Shown here piece by piece: positions 37,512 to 47,074 of a DNA stretch of 64,000 nucleotides. Below the pieces are notes generated by a model. The model worked only from the letters and a program-made list of their open reading frames with translations, was not told where the DNA came from and ran no database searches. A program made the translations under genes and the position numbers. This stretch comes from an uncultured Phycisphaerales bacterium (GTDB taxonomy: Bacteria; Planctomycetota; B15-G4), in NCBI GenBank assembly GCA_964537035.1, contig CAZIAK010000008.1, positions 624 through 64,623 of the forward strand, read 5' to 3'. Within the stretch, counting starts at the first letter, position 1; every line of letters begins with the position of its first letter.

Positions 37512-39614
37512 TCACCCCCCGGCCAGCAGGTTCTCGCCCCTCAGCCGGGTCGCCGGGAAGGCTCGCTCTCGCAGGGCCTCCAGCTGCTCGTCGTTCAGGC
37601 CCTCGGCGGCGGCCAGGGCCGGGGCTCGGGTGGCGGCCAGCAGGTCCACGTCGACCACCGGGTCGAGCACCAAGAAGCCGGGCATACCGCTCTGCCGGGT
37701 GCCCAGCACCTCGCCCGGGCCTCGCAGGGTCAGGTCTTGCTCGGCCAGCAGAAAGCCGTCCTCGCTGTCGCAAAGCGCCCGCAGCCGATCGAGGGCAATG
37801 GGACCCTTCACCGGGCCGAGCAGATAGCAGGCCCCGGGCAGCCTGCCCCGGCCCACCCGGCCCCGAATCTGGTGCAGGGTGGCCAGGCCGAAGCGGCTGG
37901 GATCGGGCAAAACGACGAACGTCGCCTCGGGGACGTCGAGCCCCACCTCGATGAGCACGGTGGCCACCAGCACATCGAGATCTCCCGTCCGAAACCCGTC
38001 GAGCACCTCATCGCGCTCGGTCGCCGGGAGCTTGCCGTGGACCGCTCCCACCCGCAGGGGTGGCCGACCGGCGCCTCCCAGCCCAGCCTCGCCAAGATGC
38101 TCGCGCACCTTCTCGACCGTCTCCTCCACCGAGTGGCCGGGGGTCTCACCGGCGGCGATGGACGGGCAGACCACGTAGCCTCGCTGCCCGTCGGCCACGA
38201 GCCCCGCCAGGTGCCGCCACATGCGGGGCTGCTTGCTCGACGGCACGTAGGCCGTGGTGCGCGGGCTGCGCCCCGGGGGCAGCTCGTCGATCACGCTCAC
38301 GTCGAGCTCGCCGTAGGCCGTGAGGGCCAGGGTGCGAGGGATCGGCGTGGCCGTCATGACCAGCAGATGGGACTCGACCCCTTTCGTGCGAAAGCGCACC
38401 CGCTGGCGCACGCCGAAGCGGTGCTGCTCGTCGACCACGGTGACCGCCAGATCGGCGAAGGTCACGCTGGCCCCCGCCAGGCCGTGGGTGCCCACCGCCA
38501 GGGCCAGGCTGCCGTCCGCCAGTCCCTCACGCACCCGGCGACGCTCTGCTGCCTTGCCACCGCCCGTGATCAGTGCCACCCCGGGCGCCGCCTCGCCGTA
38601 AGCCCTTGCCAGCACGCCGCGTAGGGTGGCCAGGTGCTGCAGGGCCAGCACCTCTGTGGGGGCCATGATCGCGCCCTGGCGACCGCAGGCCACCGCCGCC
38701 AGCAAGGCATAGAGGGCAATCATGGTCTTGCCCGAACCCACATCCCCTTGCAGCAGGCGGCCCATGGGACGGTCGCAGCCCAGATCTTTGCGCAGCTCGG
38801 CCAGCACCCGAGCCTGGGCCGCCGTGGGTTCGTAGGGCAGCTGGGACAGCAGCCGCTTGTGGATCGCGCCGTCGAGGGTCAGGGCGGTGCCCCGGTCGAC
38901 GCCCAGATGCCGTCTGCGCAGGGCCACCTGCAACGACAAGGCCCAGGCCTCGTCACGGGCCAGGCGCTGCCGGGCGGCTCGTGCAGACTCGATGTCCGTG
39001 GGGTCATGGACCGCCGCCAAGGCCTCCGCCAAGCCCGGCTCGCCCGGCTCCGGCACGCGCCAGTCATCCAAGCCGCCCTCGGCCAGGATCGCCAGCAGGG
39101 CCTTGCGATGGACTCGAGGGGGTACGCCGGCAGGCAGACGGTAGACGGGCACCAAGGATGAGGGCAGGGCCGGGGGCTCTCCGTCGGTATCTGGCAGGCG
39201 CTCATGATCGGTGGCCAACAGCCGGGGGCGGCCCTCATCGGCGCTCTCGACCTTGCCCGCCGCCCAGATCCGGGTGCCTCGGCTCAGGCTCTTGGCCAGG
39301 TAGGCCCGGTTGAAGAGCAGCACCAGCAGCTCGTCCCCGGCCTCGTCCCTGGTGAGCAGGGAGACCGTGCTGTTCCGGCCCCGGCGGCGGACCGAGGCTC
39401 GCAAGACCTCGACCGAGACGGCGCCCCGCTCACCGTGGACAAGCTCGGCCACGAGCACCGGGGCGGGGCGGGCTCTGAAGCGGTCGGGTAGGTGGTAGAG
39501 CAGATCGCGACGGGTGTGCAGACCCGCATCGGCGTAGCTCTGAGCCCGGCGAGGACCCACTCCGGGCAGGCCGGTGAGCCCGGCTCTCAGGACGGGGTGT
39601 AGCTCGGCGGTCAT
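37512..39614 (-). CDS. recG: ATP-dependent DNA helicase RecG
   Basis: LPGVGP, QGDVGSGKT, DEQHRFG, MTATPIPRTL, QIRGRVGRG, LRGPGE. Start re-called to ATG 39614. Confidence 0.95.
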   Translation of the reverse strand: MTAELHPVLRAGLTGLPGVGPRRAQSYADAGLHTRRDLLYHLPDRFRARPAPVLVAELVHGERGAVSVEVLRASVRRRGRNSTVSLLTRDEAGDELLVLLFNRAYLAKSLSRGTRIWAAGKVESADEGRPRLLATDHERLPDTDGEPPALPSSLVPVYRLPAGVPPRVHRKALLAILAEGGLDDWRVPEPGEPGLAEALAAVHDPTDIESARAARQRLARDEAWALSLQVALRRRHLGVDRGTALTLDGAIHKRLLSQLPYEPTAAQARVLAELRKDLGCDRPMGRLLQGDVGSGKTMIALYALLAAVACGRQGAIMAPTEVLALQHLATLRGVLARAYGEAAPGVALITGGGKAAERRRVREGLADGSLALAVGTHGLAGASVTFADLAVTVVDEQHRFGVRQRVRFRTKGVESHLLVMTATPIPRTLALTAYGELDVSVIDELPPGRSPRTTAYVPSSKQPRMWRHLAGLVADGQRGYVVCPSIAAGETPGHSVEETVEKVREHLGEAGLGGAGRPPLRVGAVHGKLPATERDEVLDGFRTGDLDVLVATVLIEVGLDVPEATFVVLPDPSRFGLATLHQIRGRVGRGRLPGACYLLGPVKGPIALDRLRALCDSEDGFLLAEQDLTLRGPGEVLGTRQSGMPGFLVLDPVVDVDLLAATRAPALAAAEGLNDEQLEALRERAFPATRLRGENLLAGG

Positions 39615-39654
39615 GCTGCGCGTCACAATAGGCCTCGGTCTGGAGCCACACCCC

Positions 39655-41088
39655 ATGATGACCTGCAAGACACGCCGCCGCACACTGTTCCTGCCCATTG
39701 TCCGGGTCGTGGCCCTCGGGGCCTGTGCGCAACTCGTCCAGGCCGACCTCCTGGCCCAACAGCAGGTGCCCCCTGCTGGCCAGGACGAGCCCCAGCTGAG
39801 CCCCATCGAAGCCAAGGCCCAGGCCGAGCGGGACGCCGCCGAGCTCGCGGTCGCCGCAGCGAGGGAGCAGCTGAACGATCGCTACGACAGTCTTGAATCT
39901 CTGCTCCTGGACCTGGAAGACGACTACGCCCTGCTGACCACCTCGGCCCAGGCCGCCACCCACCGCAACGCCCTCGTGGTGGCCATGAGCGACAGCCTGC
40001 CCGCCGCTCGCGCCCGCCTCGTGGCCCTCGCTGCCCAAGGCCGACGCCCCAACCGCAACGCCAGGGCCCGCGTGCTGTCCGATGTCTTCGCTGACCCGGT
40101 GGCCCAGTCGAGCACCGTCGACCCACGCCTGGCCTCGTGGATCGCCGATCAGGTCGCAACCGACCTGGGCAGCCGAGGCACTCTGGACGACGTGGGCAGC
40201 ACCGAGGTGTTACGGGCCCTGGGCAAGATCTTCGTCCCCGGCGAGAGCTGGCACCTCTTCTGGAACCGGGCCTTCCATGTCGACCTCGCCGAGGCCGGCG
40301 ACTGGGCCGCCGCGCAGCAGCGCTACGAAGAGGCGGGCCTGGCCCTCGACCGCCTGCGCCAGCCGGAGCGTTACGGCCCGCGGGGAGAGATCGCCCCGGC
40401 GGGCATGGTGGTGGTCCCCGGGGGCAGCTACGAGCTGGGGCCGGGGACGGGCTACAAGCGTTCGATCCAGCAGGTCAGCCTGAAGTCGTTCGCCATGGAC
40501 CGGCGCGAGGTCACCCAGCGCGAGTACAAGACCTTCATCGATGCCCAGGAGCGGAGCGTTCAGCGAGAGCTGCTCCCTCGAGACTGGTTCCTCAACGGCC
40601 TGGGCCTGTCCGAGCCTCCTGAGGGCCTGGCCAACCATCCTGTGATCTACGTGAGCTTCGATCAGGCCGCGGCCTACGCCGCCTGGGCTGGCAAGCGCCT
40701 GCCCACCGAGAACGAGTGGGAAGCCGCAGCGGCGGGCACCGCAGGCTGGGCCTATCCCTGGGGCAACGGCTGGCGCAGCAATCAGTGCAATGGCGCCGGT
40801 GCCTCCGCAGGCACCCTGCCCGTGGAGAGCTTTCCCCATGCCACGTCTGGCGCGGGCTGCTTCGACATGGCTGGCAACGTGTGGGAGTGGACCTCCACCC
40901 TCGAGGACGAATCCGACATCTCGACCCTGCCCGACGGCCCAGTGAACGTGATCATCCGGGGCGGCAGTTTCCGCGACGATCGAGATCGCCTCACCAGCCG
41001 CTACCGCTGGATCGCCCCAGGACACGCCACCTTCGCCCACCCCCTGTACGACCGCCCCATCGGATTCCGTTGTGCCGCCGACCTCTGA
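39655..41088 (+). CDS. Secreted SUMF1/EgtB/PvdO (FGE-sulfatase fold) protein, probably not a formylglycine-generating enzyme
   Basis: EVT..EY, HPV..VS...A.AYA.WAGKRLPTE.EWE, DMAGNVWEW, RGGS and GFRC; the active-site Cys pair is absent. Confidence 0.85.
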   Translation: MMTCKTRRRTLFLPIVRVVALGACAQLVQADLLAQQQVPPAGQDEPQLSPIEAKAQAERDAAELAVAAAREQLNDRYDSLESLLLDLEDDYALLTTSAQAATHRNALVVAMSDSLPAARARLVALAAQGRRPNRNARARVLSDVFADPVAQSSTVDPRLASWIADQVATDLGSRGTLDDVGSTEVLRALGKIFVPGESWHLFWNRAFHVDLAEAGDWAAAQQRYEEAGLALDRLRQPERYGPRGEIAPAGMVVVPGGSYELGPGTGYKRSIQQVSLKSFAMDRREVTQREYKTFIDAQERSVQRELLPRDWFLNGLGLSEPPEGLANHPVIYVSFDQAAAYAAWAGKRLPTENEWEAAAAGTAGWAYPWGNGWRSNQCNGAGASAGTLPVESFPHATSGAGCFDMAGNVWEWTSTLEDESDISTLPDGPVNVIIRGGSFRDDRDRLTSRYRWIAPGHATFAHPLYDRPIGFRCAADL

Positions 41089-41089
41089 T

Positions 41090-41251
41090 TTGCCAATCCT
41101 CCCCCCGGGCTCCCGGGCCGAGCAGCTGCTGCTCATCGGTCAGCTCATGGCCGACCTGGCCAGCATCCCCATTCATCTGGTGGTGTTCCTGTTCACCAGA
41201 CGCCGTCACCAACGAGGGTTCGTGGCGGCCATGACCGAGGCGCGTTCATGA
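41090..41251 (+). CDS. Putative 53-aa small protein
   Basis: TTG one base after the previous stop; its TGA overlaps the next ATG; contains a hydrophobic stretch followed by RRRH. Confidence 0.4.
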   Translation: MPILPPGSRAEQLLLIGQLMADLASIPIHLVVFLFTRRRHQRGFVAAMTEARS

Positions 41252-42303
41252 AGCAGCCGGGCACCGTCATGCACTACGGAGGCGACGACTACCTCTTCGT
41301 CGAGGGCGGCTACAACGCCGAGACCCGCGCCATCACCTTGCTCGCCGCGCCGGACAACGGCCACTTCCCCCAAGACGAAGAGGCCGTTCCCATGGCCTGG
41401 CGCGATCAGGGCGAGTGGTTTCCCATCGCGCGACTCATCGGCGGCCAGCTCGAACTGCAGAAACAAGAGCACGAGGACACAGCCGACTACGCCGCCGAGC
41501 TCATTCGTCATTACGTCGACGAAGCGCTGGACGGCCCGGACCAGGCCTGGACCCTGCGCAGTCCTCGAGGGTTTTCAGGGTCGCTCGAAGATGTGCTGCC
41601 CCAGGGCGTGGCGGTCGCGGTGTTCGACAGCGAAGAGAGCGCGAGAGAAGCGGCGGGCGAGGACACGGTCGTGGCCATCTCCCACCTGGCATCGTTTCTC
41701 ACCCACCTGGCCAGAGAAGGCTACGCGGGCGTCATGTGGAACCAGCAGCAGCCCGTGTTCTTCTGCATCGACGAAGCCTCAGACTTGCAGTTCTTGCGCA
41801 TCGGGCGAGGGCGCGGCGAGACCGTCGAGATGGAGCTGCTCGATCCGCTGAAGGGCTGGGAGCCCTACGACGGCGCCGAAGAAATCGCCTTTCTCGACAA
41901 CGCTGACGCCTGCGACGCAAGGCTGACCGAAGCCCTCGATCAAGAGCCCCTGCTGGGCTGGCCCGACGACAGCCAGCTCTGGTCACTGGGCCCCCAGGCT
42001 GGAGAGCCGGGTCTGGTGAACGTCGAAGAAGATGGCCTCTCGTATGCCCTGCTGTTCAGCGAAGAGGAGGCCGCCGAGACCTGGCTGGGTGACATCGACG
42101 AGCCCTGGGTTCGCTTCGCCGTGGCCGACCTGGCGGCCTTGCTCTCGGCCCCGGCCATGGACAACTGCGGAGGCCTGCTCAACCCAGGGGCCCACCGCGC
42201 TCGTCGGGGCGTGTTCTGGCAGGACGGCGAGCGGATCATCCTCGACAGCTTCAGCGGTTTCTGGGTGTTGGACCCGTCCGGCTTCGTCGCCCTGGAGCAG
42301 TAG
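41248..42303 (+). CDS. Acidic hypothetical protein
   Basis: 351-aa ORF with normal codon bias; two similar motifs (VAVFDSEESA and ALLFSEEEAA). Confidence 0.7.
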   Translation: MKQPGTVMHYGGDDYLFVEGGYNAETRAITLLAAPDNGHFPQDEEAVPMAWRDQGEWFPIARLIGGQLELQKQEHEDTADYAAELIRHYVDEALDGPDQAWTLRSPRGFSGSLEDVLPQGVAVAVFDSEESAREAAGEDTVVAISHLASFLTHLAREGYAGVMWNQQQPVFFCIDEASDLQFLRIGRGRGETVEMELLDPLKGWEPYDGAEEIAFLDNADACDARLTEALDQEPLLGWPDDSQLWSLGPQAGEPGLVNVEEDGLSYALLFSEEEAAETWLGDIDEPWVRFAVADLAALLSAPAMDNCGGLLNPGAHRARRGVFWQDGERIILDSFSGFWVLDPSGFVALEQ

Positions 42304-42600
42304 TCTGCGCTACAGGTCGCTGTCTCTGACGTGCTCCGGTCGACGCGGCGCAGAACAAAAACCCCGATGAGATGACCTGATTCTCGAAGGAGCAGTCGGC
42401 GGTTTCAGCGCCGCCGCAACGAACCTCAGGAAGGCCACAGTCGCCTGTCCTTCCACCGGCGAGGTCGTCCCTGTTTCTCGCCAAGGGGGGTCTGGAGCGA
42501 GTTCACGGGGCGAAGCCTCGTTGTCTGAGCGCCACGGCCCCCCTTGGCGAGAAACAGGGACGACCGGACCACCTCAGAGACAGCGACCTGTAGCACAGAC
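42303..42600. repeat. MITE/REPIN-like unit: 40-bp terminal inverted repeats enclosing copy 2 of the nested palindrome (42429-42600)
   Basis: 42303-42342 matches the reverse complement of 42561-42600 at 37/40 positions; the inner 28-bp stem 42463-42490/42538-42565 is perfect. Confidence 0.88.
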
Positions 42601-43860
42601 TCCGTCCCGCAGCGCGTCGAGAAACCCGGGCCAGGAGATCGCCGCAGCGGGGACCTCGCCAGGCAGCTCGTGGCCGCTGACCAGCCGGGCCACCGTGGCC
42701 GTCATGGCCAGCCTGTGGTCGTGATGGTCGCACCGCGCCACACCGCTCAGCTCGCCTCGGCCCTCGATGGTGAGTGCATCGGCGCTCAGCTCGACGGTCA
42801 CGCCGAGGGCAACCAACAGCTCTGCCACGGCCGCCACCCGATCGGACTCTTTCAGCCGCAGCTCGGCCAGGCCGGCGAAGCGACTGGTGCCCTCGGCCAA
42901 CGCTGCGGCCAGGGCCAGCACCGGCACCTCGTCCACCAGGTCGGGGACGTCCGCGGGGGTGATGTCGAAGGCTCTCAGCCTGGTGGCCCGCACTGCCAGG
43001 TCTCCCCGAGGGTCTGCGCCGCTCTGCCCACCGCTTCGGGACAACACTTCGATGTCTGCGCCGGCGCGGTCGAGGGCCCGCAGAAACCCTGTGCGCCGAG
43101 GCCAGAGCCCCACGTCCTGAAGCACGAGTTCACTGCCGGGGAGCAGCAGAGCCCCCACGATCATGAAGGCCGCCGCCGACGGGTCGGCGGGGACATCGAC
43201 CGTGGCCCCCTCCAGCGCGGACGGGCGCACGGTGACCGCCCCCGGCTGCACGTCGAGTTTCGCGCCGAAGGCCGGCAGCATGCGCTCTGTGTGGTCCCGG
43301 GTGGGGACATGTTGCACCACTGTGAGCGGCCCATCGCCACTCAGCCCCGCCAACAGCAAGGCCGACTTGACCTGAGCCGAGGGCACTTCCACCGAGACCT
43401 CGCCGCCTGACAGGGGTGCTCCGCGCAGGGTGAACGGCAGCTTGTCCCCCAGCACGTCTGCACCCAGGGAACGCAGCGGCTGCAGCACCCGGCCCATGGG
43501 GCGGCCCCGCAGTGAATCATCACCGTCAAGGGTCCAGGTGCCTTGCCGGCCCGCGAGCAACCCGGTGGCCAGGCGGGCCGTGGTGCCAGAGTTGCCGCAA
43601 TCGAGGACCAGGGCAGGGACCAGGGGCTCGGGGTGACCGACCACGGTCAGCTGCGCCTCGCTCCACGCGACCTGAGCGCCCAAGGCCTGCACAAGAGCTG
43701 CGGTCGACCGGGTGTCAGCGCAGTCCAGCCCTCTTCGCAAGACCGTCGTGCCCCGGGCGAGGGCTCCCAGCAGCAACCCCCGGTGGGTTGTCGACTTGTC
43801 CCCGGGAGGCCGCAGCTGGCCTGCCAGGCGTTGGCGCTGGGTCGAGCCGCCGTCACTCAC
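42574..43860 (-). CDS. aroA: 3-phosphoshikimate 1-carboxyvinyltransferase (EPSP synthase)
   Basis: GDKS..HR, DCGNSGTTARL, SAQVKSALLLA, RDHTERML, LRLKESDR, DHRLAM. GTG 43860 overlaps the upstream stop. Confidence 0.95.
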   Translation of the reverse strand: MSDGGSTQRQRLAGQLRPPGDKSTTHRGLLLGALARGTTVLRRGLDCADTRSTAALVQALGAQVAWSEAQLTVVGHPEPLVPALVLDCGNSGTTARLATGLLAGRQGTWTLDGDDSLRGRPMGRVLQPLRSLGADVLGDKLPFTLRGAPLSGGEVSVEVPSAQVKSALLLAGLSGDGPLTVVQHVPTRDHTERMLPAFGAKLDVQPGAVTVRPSALEGATVDVPADPSAAAFMIVGALLLPGSELVLQDVGLWPRRTGFLRALDRAGADIEVLSRSGGQSGADPRGDLAVRATRLRAFDITPADVPDLVDEVPVLALAAALAEGTSRFAGLAELRLKESDRVAAVAELLVALGVTVELSADALTIEGRGELSGVARCDHHDHRLAMTATVARLVSGHELPGEVPAAAISWPGFLDALRDGVCATGRCL

Positions 43861-44747
43861 ACCGGGTGGGGATCGTCGTCGTTGCTCTGGGCAGCCTTGC
43901 CCCGCTTCTTCAGCAAGGCCCGCTCCTTCTTCAGGCGGGCTCGCTCTTCTTTGCGCGCCTTGCGGGCCTCGGCCACCGAGGCCTTGGTCTCTTCGGGGCT
44001 CGCGCCGTCGGTCTTGTAGTACGTGGCCTGATCCTCGTTGGCCTGGTCGGGCGTCATGCCTGTCACGAAGCTGCCGATCACCTTGCCCCCTGCCGTGGTC
44101 AGCGTGTCGATGGTGGAGTTGACCAGGGCCCGCGGCGTCTCCTGCAGCCGCACCACCAACAGGGCGCCGTTCGATTGCGCCGCCACCACCGCAGCATCGG
44201 TGAAGGGGTTCACGGGCGGCGTGTCGATGAGGATCCACGAGAATCGGCGGCGCAGCTCGTTGAGCAGTGCGACGAAGCGCTCCTTGCCCAGCAGCTCGGC
44301 CGGGTTGTGAGCTTCGGCCCCGGCATGAATGCAGTCGAGGCTCTCGATCATGGTGGGATGGACGATGTCCTGAAAGGGCACGCCATCCCGCAGATGCTCG
44401 GTCAGTCCCTCCCGGGGGTTGAGGCCAAAATAGCCAGCGACCTGAGGCGAGCGGGTGTCGGCGTCGAGCAGGCAGACCCGCGTGCCCGGGAGTTCTGCGA
44501 GGCACACGGCCAGGTTGGCCACGGTCACCGACTTGCCTTCGCCCTTGCGGCTGCTGGTCACCGCGATCACCCAGGGTGCCCCGCCCTTGTTCAACGCGGT
44601 GAGGTTCGTGCGGCACTGACGGTACTGCTCGGCCTGCACGCTGTGGTTGTCGTGATACATCACGATGTTGGGCGCGATGCGCGAGAGCAGACCGCCGGGG
44701 CGCTCCGCGTGGTTTGCAGGTGCGGGTTCGGGGGGCTGATCAGTCAC
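43857..44747 (-). CDS. CpsD/CapB-family bacterial tyrosine kinase (cytoplasmic domain only)
   Basis: AEQYRQCRTNL, Walker A SSRKGEGKS, LLDADTRSP, ILIDTPP; only a short YY motif, then a basic tail. Confidence 0.88.
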   Translation of the reverse strand: MTDQPPEPAPANHAERPGGLLSRIAPNIVMYHDNHSVQAEQYRQCRTNLTALNKGGAPWVIAVTSSRKGEGKSVTVANLAVCLAELPGTRVCLLDADTRSPQVAGYFGLNPREGLTEHLRDGVPFQDIVHPTMIESLDCIHAGAEAHNPAELLGKERFVALLNELRRRFSWILIDTPPVNPFTDAAVVAAQSNGALLVVRLQETPRALVNSTIDTLTTAGGKVIGSFVTGMTPDQANEDQATYYKTDGASPEETKASVAEARKARKEERARLKKERALLKKRGKAAQSNDDDPHPV

Positions 44748-46438
44748 AGGCGTTCTCCAGGCAGCCCACCCCATTCGCGGACGGCGGCTGCGGTCTCGAA
44801 CAAGAGGGCATCGTCATTGTCCCGTATTGCGGAGACAGCTGCGCGAGCTCGACGGGACTGTCGGCGGCAGGCTCCCCTGGCCAGGATCAGCTCGCCAGCA
44901 GCTGCCGCCTCGCCGTCTCGCTCCACAACAGTCTGGGCCCGGCTCAGGATGGCCAGCTGGGCGAAGAGCGCCGTGGCCAGATCTGTGAGCGCTGCGGCGA
45001 CCGTCTGTCGTTGGCGCAGGGCCTTGCCGTGCTCCTCCACCGCTGCTGCGGCACACTGGGCAAGATCGGCCACACCCATGGAGAGCGCCAGGGCCTCGGT
45101 GCGTAGGCCCGCTGGCACATCCAAGGGTTCGGGGGCCTCGGCGCCGGAGAGCCGGCGACCGTAGTCGCTCTGGCTCGGCACCGCGGTGGCCAAGGCCTTC
45201 GCCACCCCCGCCGCCCCTTGAGTGCCCACCATCAGGCGCAGGATCTCGTTCGTGCCTTCGAAGATCATGTTCACCCGGGCGTCCCTCAGCATGCGCTCGA
45301 AGGGATAGTCGGTGGTGAAGCCATTGCCTCCGGCGCACTGCACCCCATCGTTGACCACCATCCACAGGGTCTCGGTGCCGAAGATCTTGCACAGGGCCGA
45401 CTCGAGAACGACGTCGGCGTGCTCACCTGCGGCCTCTGCCTTGTCCATCAAGCCGGTCGTCAGAAAGATCATGCACTCGAGGGCGTGCAGGTCGTGGGCG
45501 CAACGGCCGAGCTTCTCCTGGATCAACTCGAAGTCGGCGATGGGCTGGCCGAACTGGCGCCGCTCCTCGCAATAGCGCGTCGCCTCGCCGAGCAGAAAAC
45601 GCCCCGCGCCCAGGCAGTTGCCCGACAGGCCCGTGCGACCGGAGTTGAGCACTTCGAGAGCGATGCGAAAGCCGTCTCCCGCCGCGCCCACCAGGTTCTC
45701 GGCGGGCACCACCACGTCGTCGAACACCAGGGGCACGGTCGAGCTGCCACGGAGTCCGAGCTTCTCTTCTTCGGGCCCGGAAGCAAAGCCCATGGAGCGC
45801 TCGACGAGGAAGCACGAGATCGACGGCCGGCCGTCCTCGCGAGGGTGGTCCGGTGTGCGGGCGAAGACCGTGATCAGGTCTGCGAAGCCACCGTTGGTGA
45901 TCCACAGCTTGTTGCCGTTGAGGACGTAGCTGCCGTCGTCGCGCACAGCGGCGGTGAGCTTGAGTGACTGGGCGTCGCTGCCCGCCCCCGCCTCGGACAA
46001 CGCGAAGGCCGCCTTCAACTCGCCGCTGGCCAGGCGCGGCAGGTAGCGCTGCTGCTGCTCGTCCGAGCCGAAGCGCAACAGGGCCTTGATGCCGATGGTC
46101 GAATGGCCACCGGACAAGATCGCCGTGGCCCCGTCGTACATGGCCAGGTCGACACCGACGCGCACGTATTGCGAGGCGTTCAGGTCAAGGCCGTCGTACT
46201 TCTCTGGAACACGAAGGCCGAACAGCCCCAGTTCGGCCAGGCCTTCGAGGACGTCGTCGGGAATCCCGTGGGCCTCGTCGATGGCGGCGGCGTCGATCTT
46301 GTCCGCCGCGAAGCGCGCCAGGGCCTCACGGACCACGGCCAGCAGCTCGATCTCGTCGGCATCGAGAAATGGATAGGGCTGCAGGGCGGCAGCATCGAGC
46401 CGACCCAAGAAGAGATCTTTCACGATGGAAGCGGTCAT
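44744..46438 (-). CDS. Acyl-CoA dehydrogenase (VLCAD/ACAD9-like, C-terminally extended)
   Basis: AFALSEAGAGSDA, LNGNKLWITNG, EEKLGLRGSST, GGNGF...RDARVNMIFEGTNEI. Start re-called to ATG 46438. Confidence 0.93.
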   Translation of the reverse strand: MTASIVKDLFLGRLDAAALQPYPFLDADEIELLAVVREALARFAADKIDAAAIDEAHGIPDDVLEGLAELGLFGLRVPEKYDGLDLNASQYVRVGVDLAMYDGATAILSGGHSTIGIKALLRFGSDEQQQRYLPRLASGELKAAFALSEAGAGSDAQSLKLTAAVRDDGSYVLNGNKLWITNGGFADLITVFARTPDHPREDGRPSISCFLVERSMGFASGPEEEKLGLRGSSTVPLVFDDVVVPAENLVGAAGDGFRIALEVLNSGRTGLSGNCLGAGRFLLGEATRYCEERRQFGQPIADFELIQEKLGRCAHDLHALECMIFLTTGLMDKAEAAGEHADVVLESALCKIFGTETLWMVVNDGVQCAGGNGFTTDYPFERMLRDARVNMIFEGTNEILRLMVGTQGAAGVAKALATAVPSQSDYGRRLSGAEAPEPLDVPAGLRTEALALSMGVADLAQCAAAAVEEHGKALRQRQTVAAALTDLATALFAQLAILSRAQTVVERDGEAAAAGELILARGACRRQSRRARAAVSAIRDNDDALLFETAAAVREWGGLPGERL

Positions 46439-46644
46439 GCCCCAATCATCGGACTCACAGGCCCCGCTTTGAAGCCTTCTTCGAAGTCGCTGGCGACGAG
46501 AAGCGCCGGGCAGGTCTCTCTGGCCCACCGGCGGCGCTGCCCAGCCGGTGGGAAAGGCGTCCCTCAACGCTTGACCGACTGCCTCGGCCGTGGCCCAATG
46601 GGCTCGGTTTCGGCTTGCGCTGAAGCCGTCGTTCTTTATCAGAC

Positions 46645-46856
46645 CACGTTGCGTTCTCGGCCCCAGGGGAAGACGGTGTAACTCCGTCACGGTCCCGCCG
46701 CTGTGAGCGAAGGCAACAGGTGCACGAGGCGATGATCGCCTCAGTCACTGCCGGTTCTGCCCCTCTCGATGACCACACACAGGTCATCAGCGGGGCTCCA
46801 ACTGGCGGGAAGGCGCACCTCGAGGTCATCCTTCGCGAGTCAGAAGACCCTGCCGA
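46645..46856 (+). ncRNA. Cobalamin riboswitch (probably AdoCbl/class I with peripheral extension)
   Basis: GGGAA-GACGG-TGTAACT-CCGTC-ACGGTCCCGCCGCTGTGA (46666-46706), GTCACTG...GGGAAGG (to about 46813), AGGTGC/GCACCT helix and GAGTCAGAAGACCCTGCCG (46837-46855). The 5' boundary is approximate. Confidence 0.9.
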
Positions 46857-47074
46857 CGAACGGATGACCAGAGCCCCGGATATGGGCCCCAGCCATCCAC
46901 GTTGGACTCTCCTCCCGACCCTCGGGATGAGAGAGCGGCCGCACTCGAACCTGGCACCGGACACCTGTCCGGGGCCGAGATCGGTGCGGCCGTTTGCGTT
47001 TCAGACCCGGTCGATACCGGCAAAGAGCCATCCAGGGACGCAGTTCACACCCTTCACCCTGGAGTCTCCTTGTC

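Noticed and set aside
39655-41088. Formylglycine-generating enzyme activating the 49.5-kb sulfatase
   Set aside because: It lacks the catalytic cysteines, and the sulfatase-like protein has Thr rather than Cys or Ser.
42574-44616. 680-aa ORF suggesting an AroA fusion
   Set aside because: The upstream 252 codons are an alternative frame of the BY-kinase gene; AroA motifs begin after GTG 43860.
46678-46702. Third GTAAC-N14 promoter-like motif
   Set aside because: It is the T-loop of the riboswitch P4 hairpin, and the downstream hexamer is GCCGCT rather than GCTGAT.
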